DNA from: an uncultured Gemmatimonadales bacterium
GTDB taxonomy: Bacteria > Gemmatimonadota > Gemmatimonadetes > Longimicrobiales > Gaopeijiaceae
Direction: 5' to 3'
Assembly: GCA_963823035.1 (NCBI GenBank)
Contig: CAWGKG010000012.1
Span: 416,001 to 480,000, forward strand
Length of the DNA: 64,000 bases
Positions 23,539 through 34,091 of the stretch are shown one piece after another (within the stretch, counting starts at the first letter, position 1; each line of letters starts with the position of its first letter). The notes under the pieces were generated by a model, which saw nothing but the letters and a program-made list of their open reading frames with translations, ran no database searches and was not told where the DNA came from. Position numbers and translations under genes: made by a program.

Positions 23539-25589
23539 TCACGAGCCGGACGTCCCCCGAATCACCTCGAAGTGCCGCTCGTACCAGGCGACGCTCCGAT
23601 GGATGAAGTCCACGATTTGATCGGTCTCGCGGATGCCGTGTCCCGACCGGGGATAGAGGACCAACTCCGTCTCCACCCCCACATCCTTCAGCGCGATGTA
23701 GAACTGCTCGGCCTCGGACGTGGGGACGTCGTGGTCGTTCAGGCCGTGGACGAGGAGCGTCGGCGTGGCCACCCGTGCCACGTAGCGGATGGGCGAGCGC
23801 TTCCACAGCCGGTCCATGATGTCCGACTGGTGCGGGAAGCCGCCGTACTCCACGGCCAGATAGTCGTGGTAGTACGACAGGTAGTTGAAACTGACCAGGT
23901 TGGAGATGCCCGCCCGTGGGATCGCCGCCGCGAAGCGGCTGGTCTGCGTGATCAGCCAGTTGGTCAGCTGACCGCCGTAGCTCCCACCCTCCACGCCACC
24001 CGGTCCGGGTCGATCCAGCGAACGGCGGTTCGCCACCTCGACGCCCTGGAGCACGTCCATGGCCTCCGCCCCGTTCTGGTCGGCGAAAATGGCGTCCACG
24101 AAGTTCTGGCCGTAGCCGGTCGAGCCGCGGTAGTTGACCTTCAGCGTCGCCAATCCCTGTGCCGCGTACACCTGCGCCTTGTAGTCGAACTCGGGACCCT
24201 GCTGGCCGTGGGGGCCGCCGTGGATCATCACCACGATGGGATGCCTGGCCTCTCCTGCCGCCCGAGCGGGTGGGTGAGGAACGACTCGACCTCAACGCCG
24301 TCGAAGCTGACGGCGCATGGACTCCACCGGGCGGCCACCGCTCGGCCAGGAACTCCCGGTTCAGATCGGTCAGCGCCTGGGCGACCTGTTCGGCCCGCCA
24401 CGTAGAGCTCGGCCTCGTCGACGGGGGCGGTGAACGAGTAGGCCAACGCCCGTCGGGGGCCAGCGACCACGCCCACCCGCCCGCGCTCCGCCACCACCAC
24501 CTCGGCGCGCCGCCGGAGGCGGGGATCCGTAGAGGTGGACCTCGCCGCGGGTCTGGACCGTGAAGTAGACCGACCGGCCGTCCGGCGACCACGCCGGCGC
24601 ACCCTGGCGCTCGTCGACATCGGCGCCAGAACCCGTGCGTGGCTGCCGTCGGCGTCGACCAGCCAGATACGGGTGTCCTCCATCGTCGTCTCCGACGAGG
24701 TCAGCCCCCGCCGCGTTCCCTGGAAGGCGATGGTGCGGCCGTCGGGCGACCACTGCGGGCGGTACACCACGCTTTCGCGTCGGGTGATGCGCGGACGTCT
24801 CCCGAGCGACGTCCACGGCCTGGATGTCGTAGTTGAAGAAGCGGTCCGGGTCGGGCTCCGTGTTGGAGAGGAAGAGGATCTCCCGCCCGTCCGGCGACCA
24901 GTCGATGGAGTGCTCGTAGCCGAGCCCCGGGTGAGCTGCCGCACCTCGCTCGAGGCCACGTCGACCACGAACAGGTGCAGGCGGCGGTTGTCGTCGAAGT
25001 AGGATCGACCGTCGCGCCGGTGGTCTTGTAGAGGTACCGCGGATGACGATGGGGTCGGCGTCCTCCTGGGCCTCCGCGCCTTCCGGACCCTCCATCGCCG
25101 ACACGAACGCGATCTGACGGCCGTCGGGCGACCAGGTCACGTCTTCGCCCGTGGAGGGGGCGGGGTGGTTGGTCCCCCGGGTCGCGGCCACCAGGCGCCG
25201 GCCGCTGCCGTCGGGCCGGACGACGACGATTCCGGAGCCGTCGTCGGTCCGACCGTCGAACGCGATCCAGGATCCGTCAGGAGACCAACGGGGCCCGCCG
25301 CCGGGCCCCAGCGAGCGGGCCTCATCGGGGAGAGGTCCCGGATCCACAGCTCGGAGGTGGGCCCTCCCGCCGACTCCCTGGACTGAACCGTGTAGGCCAC
25401 CCTCGTCCCATCCGGGGAGAGCTGGACGTCGCCCACGGAACGGAGCAGATGGAGGTCCTCCGCGCGGAAGCCGCCGCCCCTGGGCGGCGCACGACACCGG
25501 CGGGCGAGCGTGAAGCCGCGGCGAAACCCAGGAGCAGGGCGAGGATGGCGAAAGCGTGAAGGCGCGCTGGCCCCGTCACGAAGCGGCAT
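23539..25589 (-). CDS. S9 family (acylaminoacyl/dipeptidyl) peptidase with WSPDG beta-propeller; multiple frameshifts
   Basis: Repeated WSPDG; IHGGPH, NYRGSTGYG, GGSYGG, HGLNDHDV, YPRSGHG. Confidence 0.9.
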
Positions 25590-25787
25590 GGACGGTTTCC
25601 TGATCGTGGGTCGTCTTGCGGCGCGCCGGGGGACGTCCTATTTGTCTCGATACCTGGGTCGATCTCTCGGAGATCTGCGGGCCCACGTGGTCGTTAGGGC
25701 GGAGTCTAGGACGGCCTCATCACCCGGGACTCACCTGCCCATCACCTCCCTGGCGCGCCAACCCGCGCGCCACGAGGTAATCATTCG

Positions 25788-28700
25788 GTGCAGGAGCTTT
25801 TTCTCCTCGGTCCCGTCGATCTGACGGGGAGCGACGGCCCCCGGTTCACTCGGTCCTCAAGCAACCGAAGCGGATCGCGCTGCTGGCCTTCCTGGCCACG
25901 GCTCCCTCCGGGGCCAGGACGCGTGAGGAGGTGCTGGATGTGCTGTGGCACGATGCCGACCGGGAGAAGGCGCGCCACGCCCTCAGCCAGGCCATGTACT
26001 ACCTCCGGCGATCCCTGGGGAAGGACGTGATCCGCAACGGCGGCGAGGTTCTGGCTCTGAACCCCCACGTGATCCGGACCGACGTGGCCGCCTTTCTCCG
26101 CGCGCTGGAGGAGGGCAGGCTCGGCGAGGCCCTCGACCTCTACCGTGGAGATCTGCTCCACGGCTTCGTTCTGGACAGCGAGGCCGAGGTCGACCGGTGG
26201 CTCGACGGAGCGAGGGAGCGGCTGCACCAGCGAGCGCTCGAAGCGACCGACCTCCTCTCCCGACAAGCGGAGAGAGGGGCGGACCTGCGCTGGGCGATCT
26301 CATGGGCCGAGCGCGGCGTCTCCCTCTCTCCGTTCCGCGAGGCGCCGATGCGACGGCTACTCTCCCTCCTGATGGCCGTCGCCGAGCCGGTCCGGGCCAG
26401 GGAGACGCTCGAGCGGTTTCGGGTGGGCCTCCTCGATGCCCTGGACATGGAGCCGTCGCCGGAGACGCTGGCCATCGTGCTGTCGCCTCCGGCCGATCCT
26501 GCGGAGACCCGGAAGACCCCCCCGGTCACGACGGCTCCTCCCGCTCCTCCGACCGCGGTGCCCTCGGCCCCGGCGCTCGCAGGTCCAAAGCCAGACGGTC
26601 TTGAGCCGCGGATTTCCAGCGTCGCCTCGCGCCTCCTTCCGGCTCCCCCGCCTTTGGCGCAGGCCCGCGGCGGTGGTGGGCGTTCCGTCGTGCTGGGCGT
26701 TGGCGCCTACGGCATCAGCCGCGCCACCCAGCCACTGCCCGCGGACGCGATGACGACGTCCAGGCAGAGGGTGGGCGTCTTCCCGTTCAGCTATGGGGGC
26801 CGCCCCGACCTGGCCTACCTGGCCGAGGGCCTGCCTGAGCTCCTGAGCATCAGCGCGAGCGGCCTGGCCGAGGTCACCACGGTGGACCCCCGCGTTCTGA
26901 GTCGCGGTCTCGCCTCGGAGGGCGGGCCGGCCGGCGTCGAGGAGGCACGACGCATCGCACGGAAGTACGGGGCCGACCACTATGTGATCGGAAGCGTGCT
27001 CGAGGCGGGCGGACAGATACAGGTGTCCGCCGAGTTTCACGACACGGAGGGGAATCGTGTCGTCACCGTGTCGGAGCGGGCGCAACAGGAGATCGATCTC
27101 TTCCAGCTCGTGGACGACCTGGTACGCCGCCTGGTGGCCAGCGAGGCATTCCCGAACTCGTCGCAGCTCGAGCGTGCCGCGGCGCTGACGACGAGTTCGC
27201 TGCCGGCGTTCCGCGACTTCCTTCAGGGCGAGCGGATGTTCCGCGCGGGGCTCTTCCACGACGCCACGCACGCGTTCGACGCGGCTACGCGCGAGGATTC
27301 GACGTTCGCGTTGGCGTTCTACCGGGGAGCCGTGGCCTCCCTGTGGAGCCACGAGGCGGATTTCGACGCCGCCCGGGCGAAGCTGGCCAAAGCGCGGGCG
27401 TACCGGTCTCGGGTTTCGGAGCTCGAGGGACTGCTCTTCGATGCGCTCAACGAGTTCCTCGAGGGGCACCTTTTCGGGGCGGAGGTTCTGTACGAGTCGG
27501 TGCTCGCGCGACAGCCGGAGAACTTGGAAGCCCTTTTCCAGCTCGGCGAGACCCGCTTCCACTATGGGGGTCTCCGGGGACAGGCCGTTGCCGAGTCCGA
27601 GGAGCAGTGGCGGCGGATCCTCGCCATCGACCCCGACGACCGGGCCGCCCTGATCCACCTCTCGGCCGTCGCGGCCCGTGAGGGAGACCCTGGACTGGAC
27701 ACGCTCGAGGCGCATCTGACCACCTTGGGAGCCGATTCCGTGGCGGTCCCCCAGATCAGGGCGTTGCGCGTTTTCGCGTCCGGCTCGGAGCGCGAGAAGG
27801 CGGCGTTCGTCGCGGGCATGCGCCGCCTGCCGATGGAGGCTGTGACGAGCACGGCGAGCTATGTAGCGCGTTACCTGCGCGATATCGCCGCCGCCGATCG
27901 GATCGTGCGCGTTCTGACCGCCGAGACGCGGCCGGCTGCGGACCGCGTCGAGGGCTACTCCGTCCTTGCGTATCTCGAGCTCGCCCGAGGCCGTACCGCG
28001 GCCGCAGAGAGGGCGCTGTCGGCCGTTGGCGCCCTGGATCCAGCGTCCGCGGATCTCCATCGGCTCGTTCTCTCGACCCTGCCGAACGTCGCCCTGAAGC
28101 CACGCTCCGGAGGGACGCTCCTCGAGGTGCCGCTGGGCGTCTCAAGCGGCCCACACCGAGCCACGCCGGCGAACTTCGATGGCTCGATCCGATCCGGGCT
28201 GGTGGTCTACGGCCGGGCGTTGGCCTACGCCAAGGCGGGCGGCGAGGACGGGGCGCTGCTCGCGGCGTCCCGGACCCTGTTGGAGGACGCCTCTCCGGAG
28301 GCCAGGTCGTTCCTCGAGGTTCTGGCACACGCCCTCGGCGCCGAGAGACGGTTGCAGCGTCAGGAGGATGCCGCAGCCCGCGACGAACTCGCCCCGGCGC
28401 TTGCCGGGGTGGAGCGGTGGTACGAGAACATTCGCGAGTCCTGGGTGCGCTGCCTCGCGCGCGAGCGGTTCGTGCTCGCGGGGCTGGAGCTCCGGCAGGG
28501 CCGCCCGCAACGTGCGGAGGACCTCCTCCGGTCGCTGGTGGAGAATTCCACCGCCGAGATGCCCTACCTCGGGCCGAGCCTCATCCGCATCGCCGAGATC
28601 CGGGAGCAGGCGGGCGACACCGCGGCCGCGGCGGCCGCCTACGCGTCCGTCCTCGACCTCTGGGCCGGCGCGGACGACGCGTTCATTCCGGTGGTCTCCG

Positions 28701-28789
28701 AACTCCGGGGTCGGCTGGCGGCGCTGCAGTTTGCCGGAGCCGCCCGTCCGCCAACCCCCGCGGCGGCGAGCTCTGGCGCCACCTATTGA
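25788..28789 (+). CDS. SARP/BTAD transcriptional regulator with TM segment, TolB-N-like and TPR domains; frameshift near 25850
   Basis: LFLLGPVDL; KQPKRIALLAFLA; LWHDADREKARHALSQAMYYLRR; YRGDLL; VGVFPF..YLAEGL; TTSSLPAFRDFLQG. Confidence 0.85.
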
Positions 28790-28876
28790 GAGGCGCCCTG
28801 TTCTGCGGGCGCCTCGCAGCCGCTGGTCTCCACGTACACACGTCGTGGGCAGAAAAGGTCGCGACACCAAGCAAGA

Positions 28877-28917
28877 CGCCCCCGGGAGCCCTTGTGCGAC
28901 AAGGACTCCCGAGGGCG
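28877..28917. terminator. Long stem-loop between the converging regulator gene and the tRNA 3' end
   Basis: CGCCC-CCGGGAG-CCCTTGT-gcg-ACAAGGA-CTCCCGA-GGGCG. Confidence 0.55.
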
Positions 28918-28923
28918 GTTGTA

Positions 28924-28997
28924 CTCCGGGGGTGGGACTCGAACCCACGACCCTCTGATTAACAGTCAGATGCTCTAACCAACTGAGCTACCCCGGA
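28924..28997 (-). tRNA. tRNA-Asn (GTT), CCA not encoded
   Basis: TCCGGGGTAGCTCAGTTGGTTAGAGCATCTGACT-GTT-AATCAGAGGGTCGTGGGTTCGAGTCCCACCCCCGGAG folds as a cloverleaf. Confidence 0.97.
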
Positions 28998-29067
28998 AAA
29001 GGCGATCTCCGACCTGTACGGCATCGGATGCCGAGACCTGAAAATAAAGGAATCAGGTCCACCAGTG

Positions 29068-29659
29068 TCAACCGGCCGAGACGGTGCGTGAGGCGCGCTT
29101 CGCGGCGCGGGACAGGATGCTCCAGAGAGCCGGGCCCACGTCGTGGGCGCTCTCCCATAGCTCCCGGTGCCGGGTTGCAGCGAGGCGTGCCGCGTCGTCA
29201 CCGTGAACGGAAGCCAGCGCCGGGCCCCGATGGGGATACGGCCGCTCGAACGCGTGGAAGCCGACCAGGACCGCGCGTGGGCCCTCTCCGTCCACGAAGA
29301 CCGTGAAGTCGGGCGACCAGCCGCCCAGCGGTGCCGACCGCACCTCCAGGCGACCCGCTTCGAGCATGCCCGACCAGGAACCGCACGTTGTCCGCCCGGC
29401 CGGGGATCTGCAGGAGGGCGCGAGCCTCCGCGTCGAGATTCAGGGCGCTGATCTCCGACACGAGAACCTGCATGGCCTCGAGATCGGGAAGGTGCTCCTC
29501 GCGCAGGTCGACCGTGCTCAGCCGGACCCGCGTCACGGCCGTGAGGACGTGCGTGGCGCGGAACGCGAGGGCCCCGAACACGTCTCGGAAATCGGGTCGC
29601 CCCCGCTCGTCGAGCAAGTAGGCCTGTGAGGGGGACAGACCGGGCAGGATGGGTTCCAT
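29068..29659 (-). CDS. Hypothetical protein, possibly PLD/TrmB-C-like fold; frameshift near 29370
   Basis: Two consecutive ORFs join; GRLEVRSAP...PDFTVF...AVLVG...RELWESAHD. Confidence 0.6.
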
Positions 29660-29770
29660 GTGAGCGCAGCTCCGGGAATGGGGTTCCGCGAGAAGTTGCG
29701 CCGACGGACGGGGCGGGGGGATGTCCGGTTCGGACGTCGGCGGTGACGGTCGGCGCGACGGCCCCGGGAC

Positions 29771-30400
29771 TCACGAAGAAGCGGTCGCGCTCTCGATCTC
29801 GAGCTCGGTCTGGTGTCGCGCGACTCCGGGTACCGCGTGGCATTTCCGGCACCGCGCTTCGTAGCTCTCGGCACCTCCGACCTGGATGGTCGGTCCCTCC
29901 GCGGGTGCCGGCTGTCCATCGATGAGGCGCTGGTTGCGCGTGGCGAGGTCCCCGCACACCACGCAGATCGCGTGGAGCTTGTCGATCTTCTCGGCGATCG
30001 CCAGGAGCTGGGGGATCGGCCCGAACGGCTCCCCTCGGAAGTCCATGTCCGTTCCGGCGACGATCACCCGCACCCCGCGGTCGGCGAGGGCGTTCACCAC
30101 GGCGACCACCCCGTCGTCGAGGAACTGCGCCTCGTCGATCGCCACCACCTGGGTGCCGGGGCGCACCATCTCGGCGATCTGCGTAGAGGAGGATACGGGA
30201 TGCGCCTCCAGCTCCGACCCGTCGTGGGAGCTGACCCGGAAGACACCGGCGTAGCGGTCGTCGAGGTGCGACTTGAACACCTGCACGCTCTTGCGCGCGA
30301 TGAGGGCGCGGCGCACGCGGCGAAGCAGCTCCTCGGACTTGCCGCTGAACATCACACCCGAGACGACCTCGACCCAGCCTTCCTGAGCCCCGTGATGCAT
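29771..30400 (-). CDS. tdk: Thymidine kinase
   Basis: [33 protein letters not shown]...YEARCRKC. Confidence 0.97.
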   Translation of the reverse strand: MHHGAQEGWVEVVSGVMFSGKSEELLRRVRRALIARKSVQVFKSHLDDRYAGVFRVSSHDGSELEAHPVSSSTQIAEMVRPGTQVVAIDEAQFLDDGVVAVVNALADRGVRVIVAGTDMDFRGEPFGPIPQLLAIAEKIDKLHAICVVCGDLATRNQRLIDGQPAPAEGPTIQVGGAESYEARCRKCHAVPGVARHQTELEIESATASS

Positions 30401-30407
30401 TCCGGGA

Positions 30408-31088
30408 TCAGCGGCTCGTGGTGGCCAGAATGACGAGGGTGGCGATGCCGGTCGCGAACGAGACGATGCTGCCCCAGAACGTGAGCTCGTCCCGGACGCG
30501 CGAGCGCCTGCGCGCCGGCACGTGGATCCAGTCCCCGGAATGGACACGCATCTGGATCACCTCCGGGGTGATCTCGTCCGGGCGAATGTTGACGATTTGG
30601 GTCTCGCCGTCCCGCACGAGCCGGACCTGGCTCTGGTCGGAGGGAATCTGGATCGTGTTCAAGGCGTACTCGCTCGCCGCTCCGCCCGCTTCGGCAATCG
30701 CGTCGATGATCGTCGCGCTCGGGTCCAGATAGTACTGGCCGGGCCGACCGATCGAGCCGGTGACGTTCACGCGGAGCTCCACCTTCACGTTCACGACCGG
30801 CTGGTCGTAGAAGCTCCCGAAGAGCTGCGCCAGCCTCTCCCGCAACCCTCCCTCGTCCAGCCCGGAGGCACTGACGCTGCCGACGTACGGGAGGTACAGG
30901 GTCCCTTCACGGTCCACGATGCGGGCCCCCGAGACGACGTCCACGCGTTGGCCGGCGGCCGTGAAGACGTCGATGGTGACCCGGTCTCCCGGTCGGAGCG
31001 TGTACGGAGCCGTGTCCTGGGCCGCGATCGGGGTCGCGAGGAGGAGGGTGAGAACAGGCAGCGCGCGAACCGTGGGTAGCATGATCAC
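30408..31088 (-). CDS. Polysaccharide biosynthesis/export (Wza-like Poly_export + SLBB) protein
   Basis: [46 protein letters not shown]-terminal helix. Confidence 0.85.
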   Translation of the reverse strand: MIMLPTVRALPVLTLLLATPIAAQDTAPYTLRPGDRVTIDVFTAAGQRVDVVSGARIVDREGTLYLPYVGSVSASGLDEGGLRERLAQLFGSFYDQPVVNVKVELRVNVTGSIGRPGQYYLDPSATIIDAIAEAGGAASEYALNTIQIPSDQSQVRLVRDGETQIVNIRPDEITPEVIQMRVHSGDWIHVPARRRSRVRDELTFWGSIVSFATGIATLVILATTSR

Positions 31089-31243
31089 CGTGGCACGGTC
31101 ACAAGGATGCCTCGCACTGGGGCGGGGCCGATGGGTGGGCTAGTTTAGCCGAGCCGCTTCCGACTTGTCCAGCGAATCCAGGCGGAGGAAGCACGTATGC
31201 TCCGATTCGGAGATCCGGAGCCGATCCCCTACAGAGGCTGTCG

Positions 31244-32821
31244 ATGAAGACCTTCTCGATGAGCGCCTCCCTGGCGCTCGCATGGGCGCTCCAGGGTGCC
31301 GCATGTGCCGGTCAGGTGCCGCAACAGCAGCAAGGACCTCGGCTCCTGGTGATGATCTCGGTGGATCAGCTCCGGGCCGACCTGGTGGATCGCTACGCGC
31401 CGGCATTCACGGGCGGGTTCAAGCGGCTCATGGATCAGGGCTACCACTTCACGCAGGCGTCCCATGCGCACGCGACCACGGAGACGGCCGTCGGGCACGC
31501 CACGCTCTCGACCGGTGTGTTCCCGTCTCGCTCGGGCATCGTGGCCAACAACTGGTCGGTGAAGGACGGCGACACCTGGAAGGACATGTACGCCGTCGAG
31601 GACCCGGACTCGCCGATCGTGGGTGTGCCCGACGCGCCCGGTCGCTCGCCGAAGAACCTCCTCCGACCAGGGCTGGCGGATTGGGTGCTCGCAGCGGACC
31701 CCGAGGCGCGGGTGGCGTCCGTCTCCGGAAAGGACCGAGCGGCCATCACCCTCGCGGGCAAGACCCGAAGCCAGGTGTATTGGCTGGCTCCCTCGGTCGG
31801 GCGCTTCGTGACGTCGACCTACTACCGCGATGCTTACCCCGACTGGGTGGAGCGCTTCAACACGGAGGTGATGCCCGGGCTCCTGGCGGACACCGTCTGG
31901 AACGACGAGGTCCCCCCGTCGCTGAGGAGACTCGCGCGATCCGACTCGGCCTTCTACGAGGGCGACGGCTTCCACACCACGTTCCCCCATGTCGCGTCCC
32001 AGGAGACCACCCCCGAAGGCCGGGTGGCGTGGCTCCTCGCGAAGCCCTTCTCCGACAGAGCGGTGTCCACGTTCGCCCGAGAGGCGATCGACGCGTTGCA
32101 GCTCGGGCAGCGCGGTCACGTGGACATGCTCGCGCTCTCCTTCTCGTCCACGGACTACGTGGGGCACGCGTTCGGGCCCTTCAGCCAGGAGCAACTCGAC
32201 AACCTGGTGCGCCTCGACCACGAGCTGGGCTCGCTCTTCGACTACCTGGATGCGCACGTGGGCCGCGGCCGATGGGTGGCCGGCCTCTCCGCCGATCATG
32301 GTGTGCTGACCATGCCCGAGTACCTGGTGGAGTCCGGGGAGGGTGCGGAGCGCATCGACGCGCGCACCCGACTCGGGGCCCTGGGCAAGGCGGTGCGGGA
32401 CGCAGCGAGTGAGGGAGGCACCGATGAGGAGATCACCGCACGCATCGCACGCCTCGTCGAAGAGCGCGGGTTGGCCGCGAAGGCCTATACCGCCGAGGAC
32501 CTCACGGTTTCGCCGGCGCCGGACTCCTTCGCGGCGCTCTTCAGAAATTCCTATTATCCAGGGAGGGCAGGGGGTTATCTTTCGGCATACGACATAGAAA
32601 TCCGGTTCGGGTACCACGACCTCGTCTCGGGTGCCACGGGAACCTCGCACGGCACGCCCTACTGGAACGACCGCCACGTCCCCTTCATGCTGCTCGGGGC
32701 GGGCGTTGGTCCAGGGGTGTCCGAGACGGCGGTCTACACCGTGGACCTGGCCCCGACGTTGGCTGGCCTTGTTGGCGTTCCCGTGCCGGACGATCTGGAC
32801 GGAAGACGCGTCTATCGATAG
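31244..32821 (+). CDS. Alkaline phosphatase family protein (PafA/NPP-like)
   Basis: ISVDQLRAD, TETAVGHATL, SGKDRAA, STDYVGH, LSADHG, TSHGTPY..D.HVP. Confidence 0.92.
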   Translation: MKTFSMSASLALAWALQGAACAGQVPQQQQGPRLLVMISVDQLRADLVDRYAPAFTGGFKRLMDQGYHFTQASHAHATTETAVGHATLSTGVFPSRSGIVANNWSVKDGDTWKDMYAVEDPDSPIVGVPDAPGRSPKNLLRPGLADWVLAADPEARVASVSGKDRAAITLAGKTRSQVYWLAPSVGRFVTSTYYRDAYPDWVERFNTEVMPGLLADTVWNDEVPPSLRRLARSDSAFYEGDGFHTTFPHVASQETTPEGRVAWLLAKPFSDRAVSTFAREAIDALQLGQRGHVDMLALSFSSTDYVGHAFGPFSQEQLDNLVRLDHELGSLFDYLDAHVGRGRWVAGLSADHGVLTMPEYLVESGEGAERIDARTRLGALGKAVRDAASEGGTDEEITARIARLVEERGLAAKAYTAEDLTVSPAPDSFAALFRNSYYPGRAGGYLSAYDIEIRFGYHDLVSGATGTSHGTPYWNDRHVPFMLLGAGVGPGVSETAVYTVDLAPTLAGLVGVPVPDDLDGRRVYR

Positions 32822-32906
32822 GTCGGTTTTTTGTGAACTATTTTCGGTGTCGGGACGTGTCCAGAACTCGTGCCGGAGCTGTGAATGGCCCGTCCTTGTT
32901 GGGCTC

Positions 32907-32912
32907 TTGACA
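32907..32912 (+). promoter_or_regulatory. Perfect -35 hexamer TTGACA in an AT-richer intergenic region
   Basis: Lies upstream of the 33112 operon; the -10 element is not clearly defined. Confidence 0.35.
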
Positions 32913-33111
32913 GACTGAAGGTCGTTCCTCAGTATGTGGGACAATCAAGTAAACATTTGAACCGCCCACCCTGGCGTAGACGCTCGGATCGAGCTATCCG
33001 CACGCCGTCGTCGGGGACTCGGCACCCTGGACGTCGTGCCCTCCTGCCCACCACGACGAGGCATAGACGAGGCGCTACGTGCGCCGTGGCTCCGGAGTAT
33101 CCGGAAGGTTG

Positions 33112-33837
33112 ATGACCTCACCTTTGGAACATCGCGCTGGATGGACCATCCAGGAGGCCGAGAAGCTCCTGCTGTCCTTGACCGGCGTGGTTTCCGCGAG
33201 GCTCGTTACCCGCCCCGGGGGAGAGGTCGACGAAGTCCATCTCCTCACGACGGATGAGGTGACCGCGAAGCAGACGGTGAGGAACGTCGAGTCTGCGCTG
33301 CTCGCGCATCTGGGCCTCGAAGTCGATCATCGCAAGATCTCCGTGGCCCAGACCAGGGAACGCCCCGCCCCCCAACCGGAGGCGGACCCGGTACGCAGCC
33401 TTCCCGAGCGCGCGGTCGTCAGCGTGGATCGCCTGCTCTTCTACGGGCACCAGGTGGAGACCGAACGATCCCATCGGTCCCGCCACCGGGTCGAGATCGA
33501 GTGGAAGGGTGAGCGCTACTCCGGATCGGCGATCGCGGCCGATCTACCGCGCACCCGTCTCGAAGCGGTAAGCAAGGCGACGCTCGAAGCCGTGACCTCC
33601 GCGCTCTCCAGTGAGGTCGAGGCTGGCTCCGACGCCAGAGGCGTCGCCCTCGCGTTGGACGGGGTGAAGGTGGTGGACGCCTTCGATCGAAAATTCGTGT
33701 TGGTCGCGGTCAACGCCATGTCGGGGCGGGACATCACCCCCCTGGCCGGAGCGGCGGCTGTGGAGGTCTCCACGGACCGGGCCGCGATTCTCGCGACGCT
33801 GCAGGCAACGGACCGCTGGGTCCGAGGAAGGATTTGA
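33112..33837 (+). CDS. Conserved hypothetical protein
   Basis: EVDEVHLL...AKQTVRNVESALLAHLGLEVDHRKISVAQ; C-terminal LAGAA...RAAILATLQATDR; coding-like GC3. Confidence 0.85.
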   Translation: MTSPLEHRAGWTIQEAEKLLLSLTGVVSARLVTRPGGEVDEVHLLTTDEVTAKQTVRNVESALLAHLGLEVDHRKISVAQTRERPAPQPEADPVRSLPERAVVSVDRLLFYGHQVETERSHRSRHRVEIEWKGERYSGSAIAADLPRTRLEAVSKATLEAVTSALSSEVEAGSDARGVALALDGVKVVDAFDRKFVLVAVNAMSGRDITPLAGAAAVEVSTDRAAILATLQATDRWVRGRI

Positions 33838-33991
33838 CCTGGGCCTGCGGGCCCGAACGACAACCTGAAGCGGAGACAAAGGAGAACCCCCTCGGTCTGA
33901 CGGCGAAGCGAAGCTGAGCGGTAGAGCGGAGCGCTCGCGGTTTCCACAGCGAACACTCGGAAGCCGACGTTCCCCGAAAGGAGGTGAGCGC

Positions 33992-34063
33992 ATGTTCCGG
34001 ACTCTGCTGGATAGCCTGGGGGCGTTGTTCGCCCTGCTCGGTGCCGGTGTGGTGAACTGGTAG
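33992..34063 (+). CDS. Small hydrophobic peptide, 23 aa (MFRTLLDSLGALFALLGAGVVNW); absent from the ORF track
   Basis: Perfect AAGGAGGTG Shine-Dalgarno 5 nt before ATG; GC-rich third positions; TAG 28 nt before the HD-GYP ATG. Confidence 0.75.
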   Translation: MFRTLLDSLGALFALLGAGVVNW

Positions 34064-34091
34064 CCGCTGACTGAGGGGGCTCCTCGAACAC

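Noticed and set aside
15820..28997. Genomic island integrated at tRNA-Asn
   Set aside because: No integrase, no direct repeat of the tRNA 3' end found, and no clear compositional shift.
32940..33111. Riboswitch in the long leader of the 33112 operon
   Set aside because: No recognisable consensus (c-di-GMP, SAM, cobalamin, TPP) by eye.
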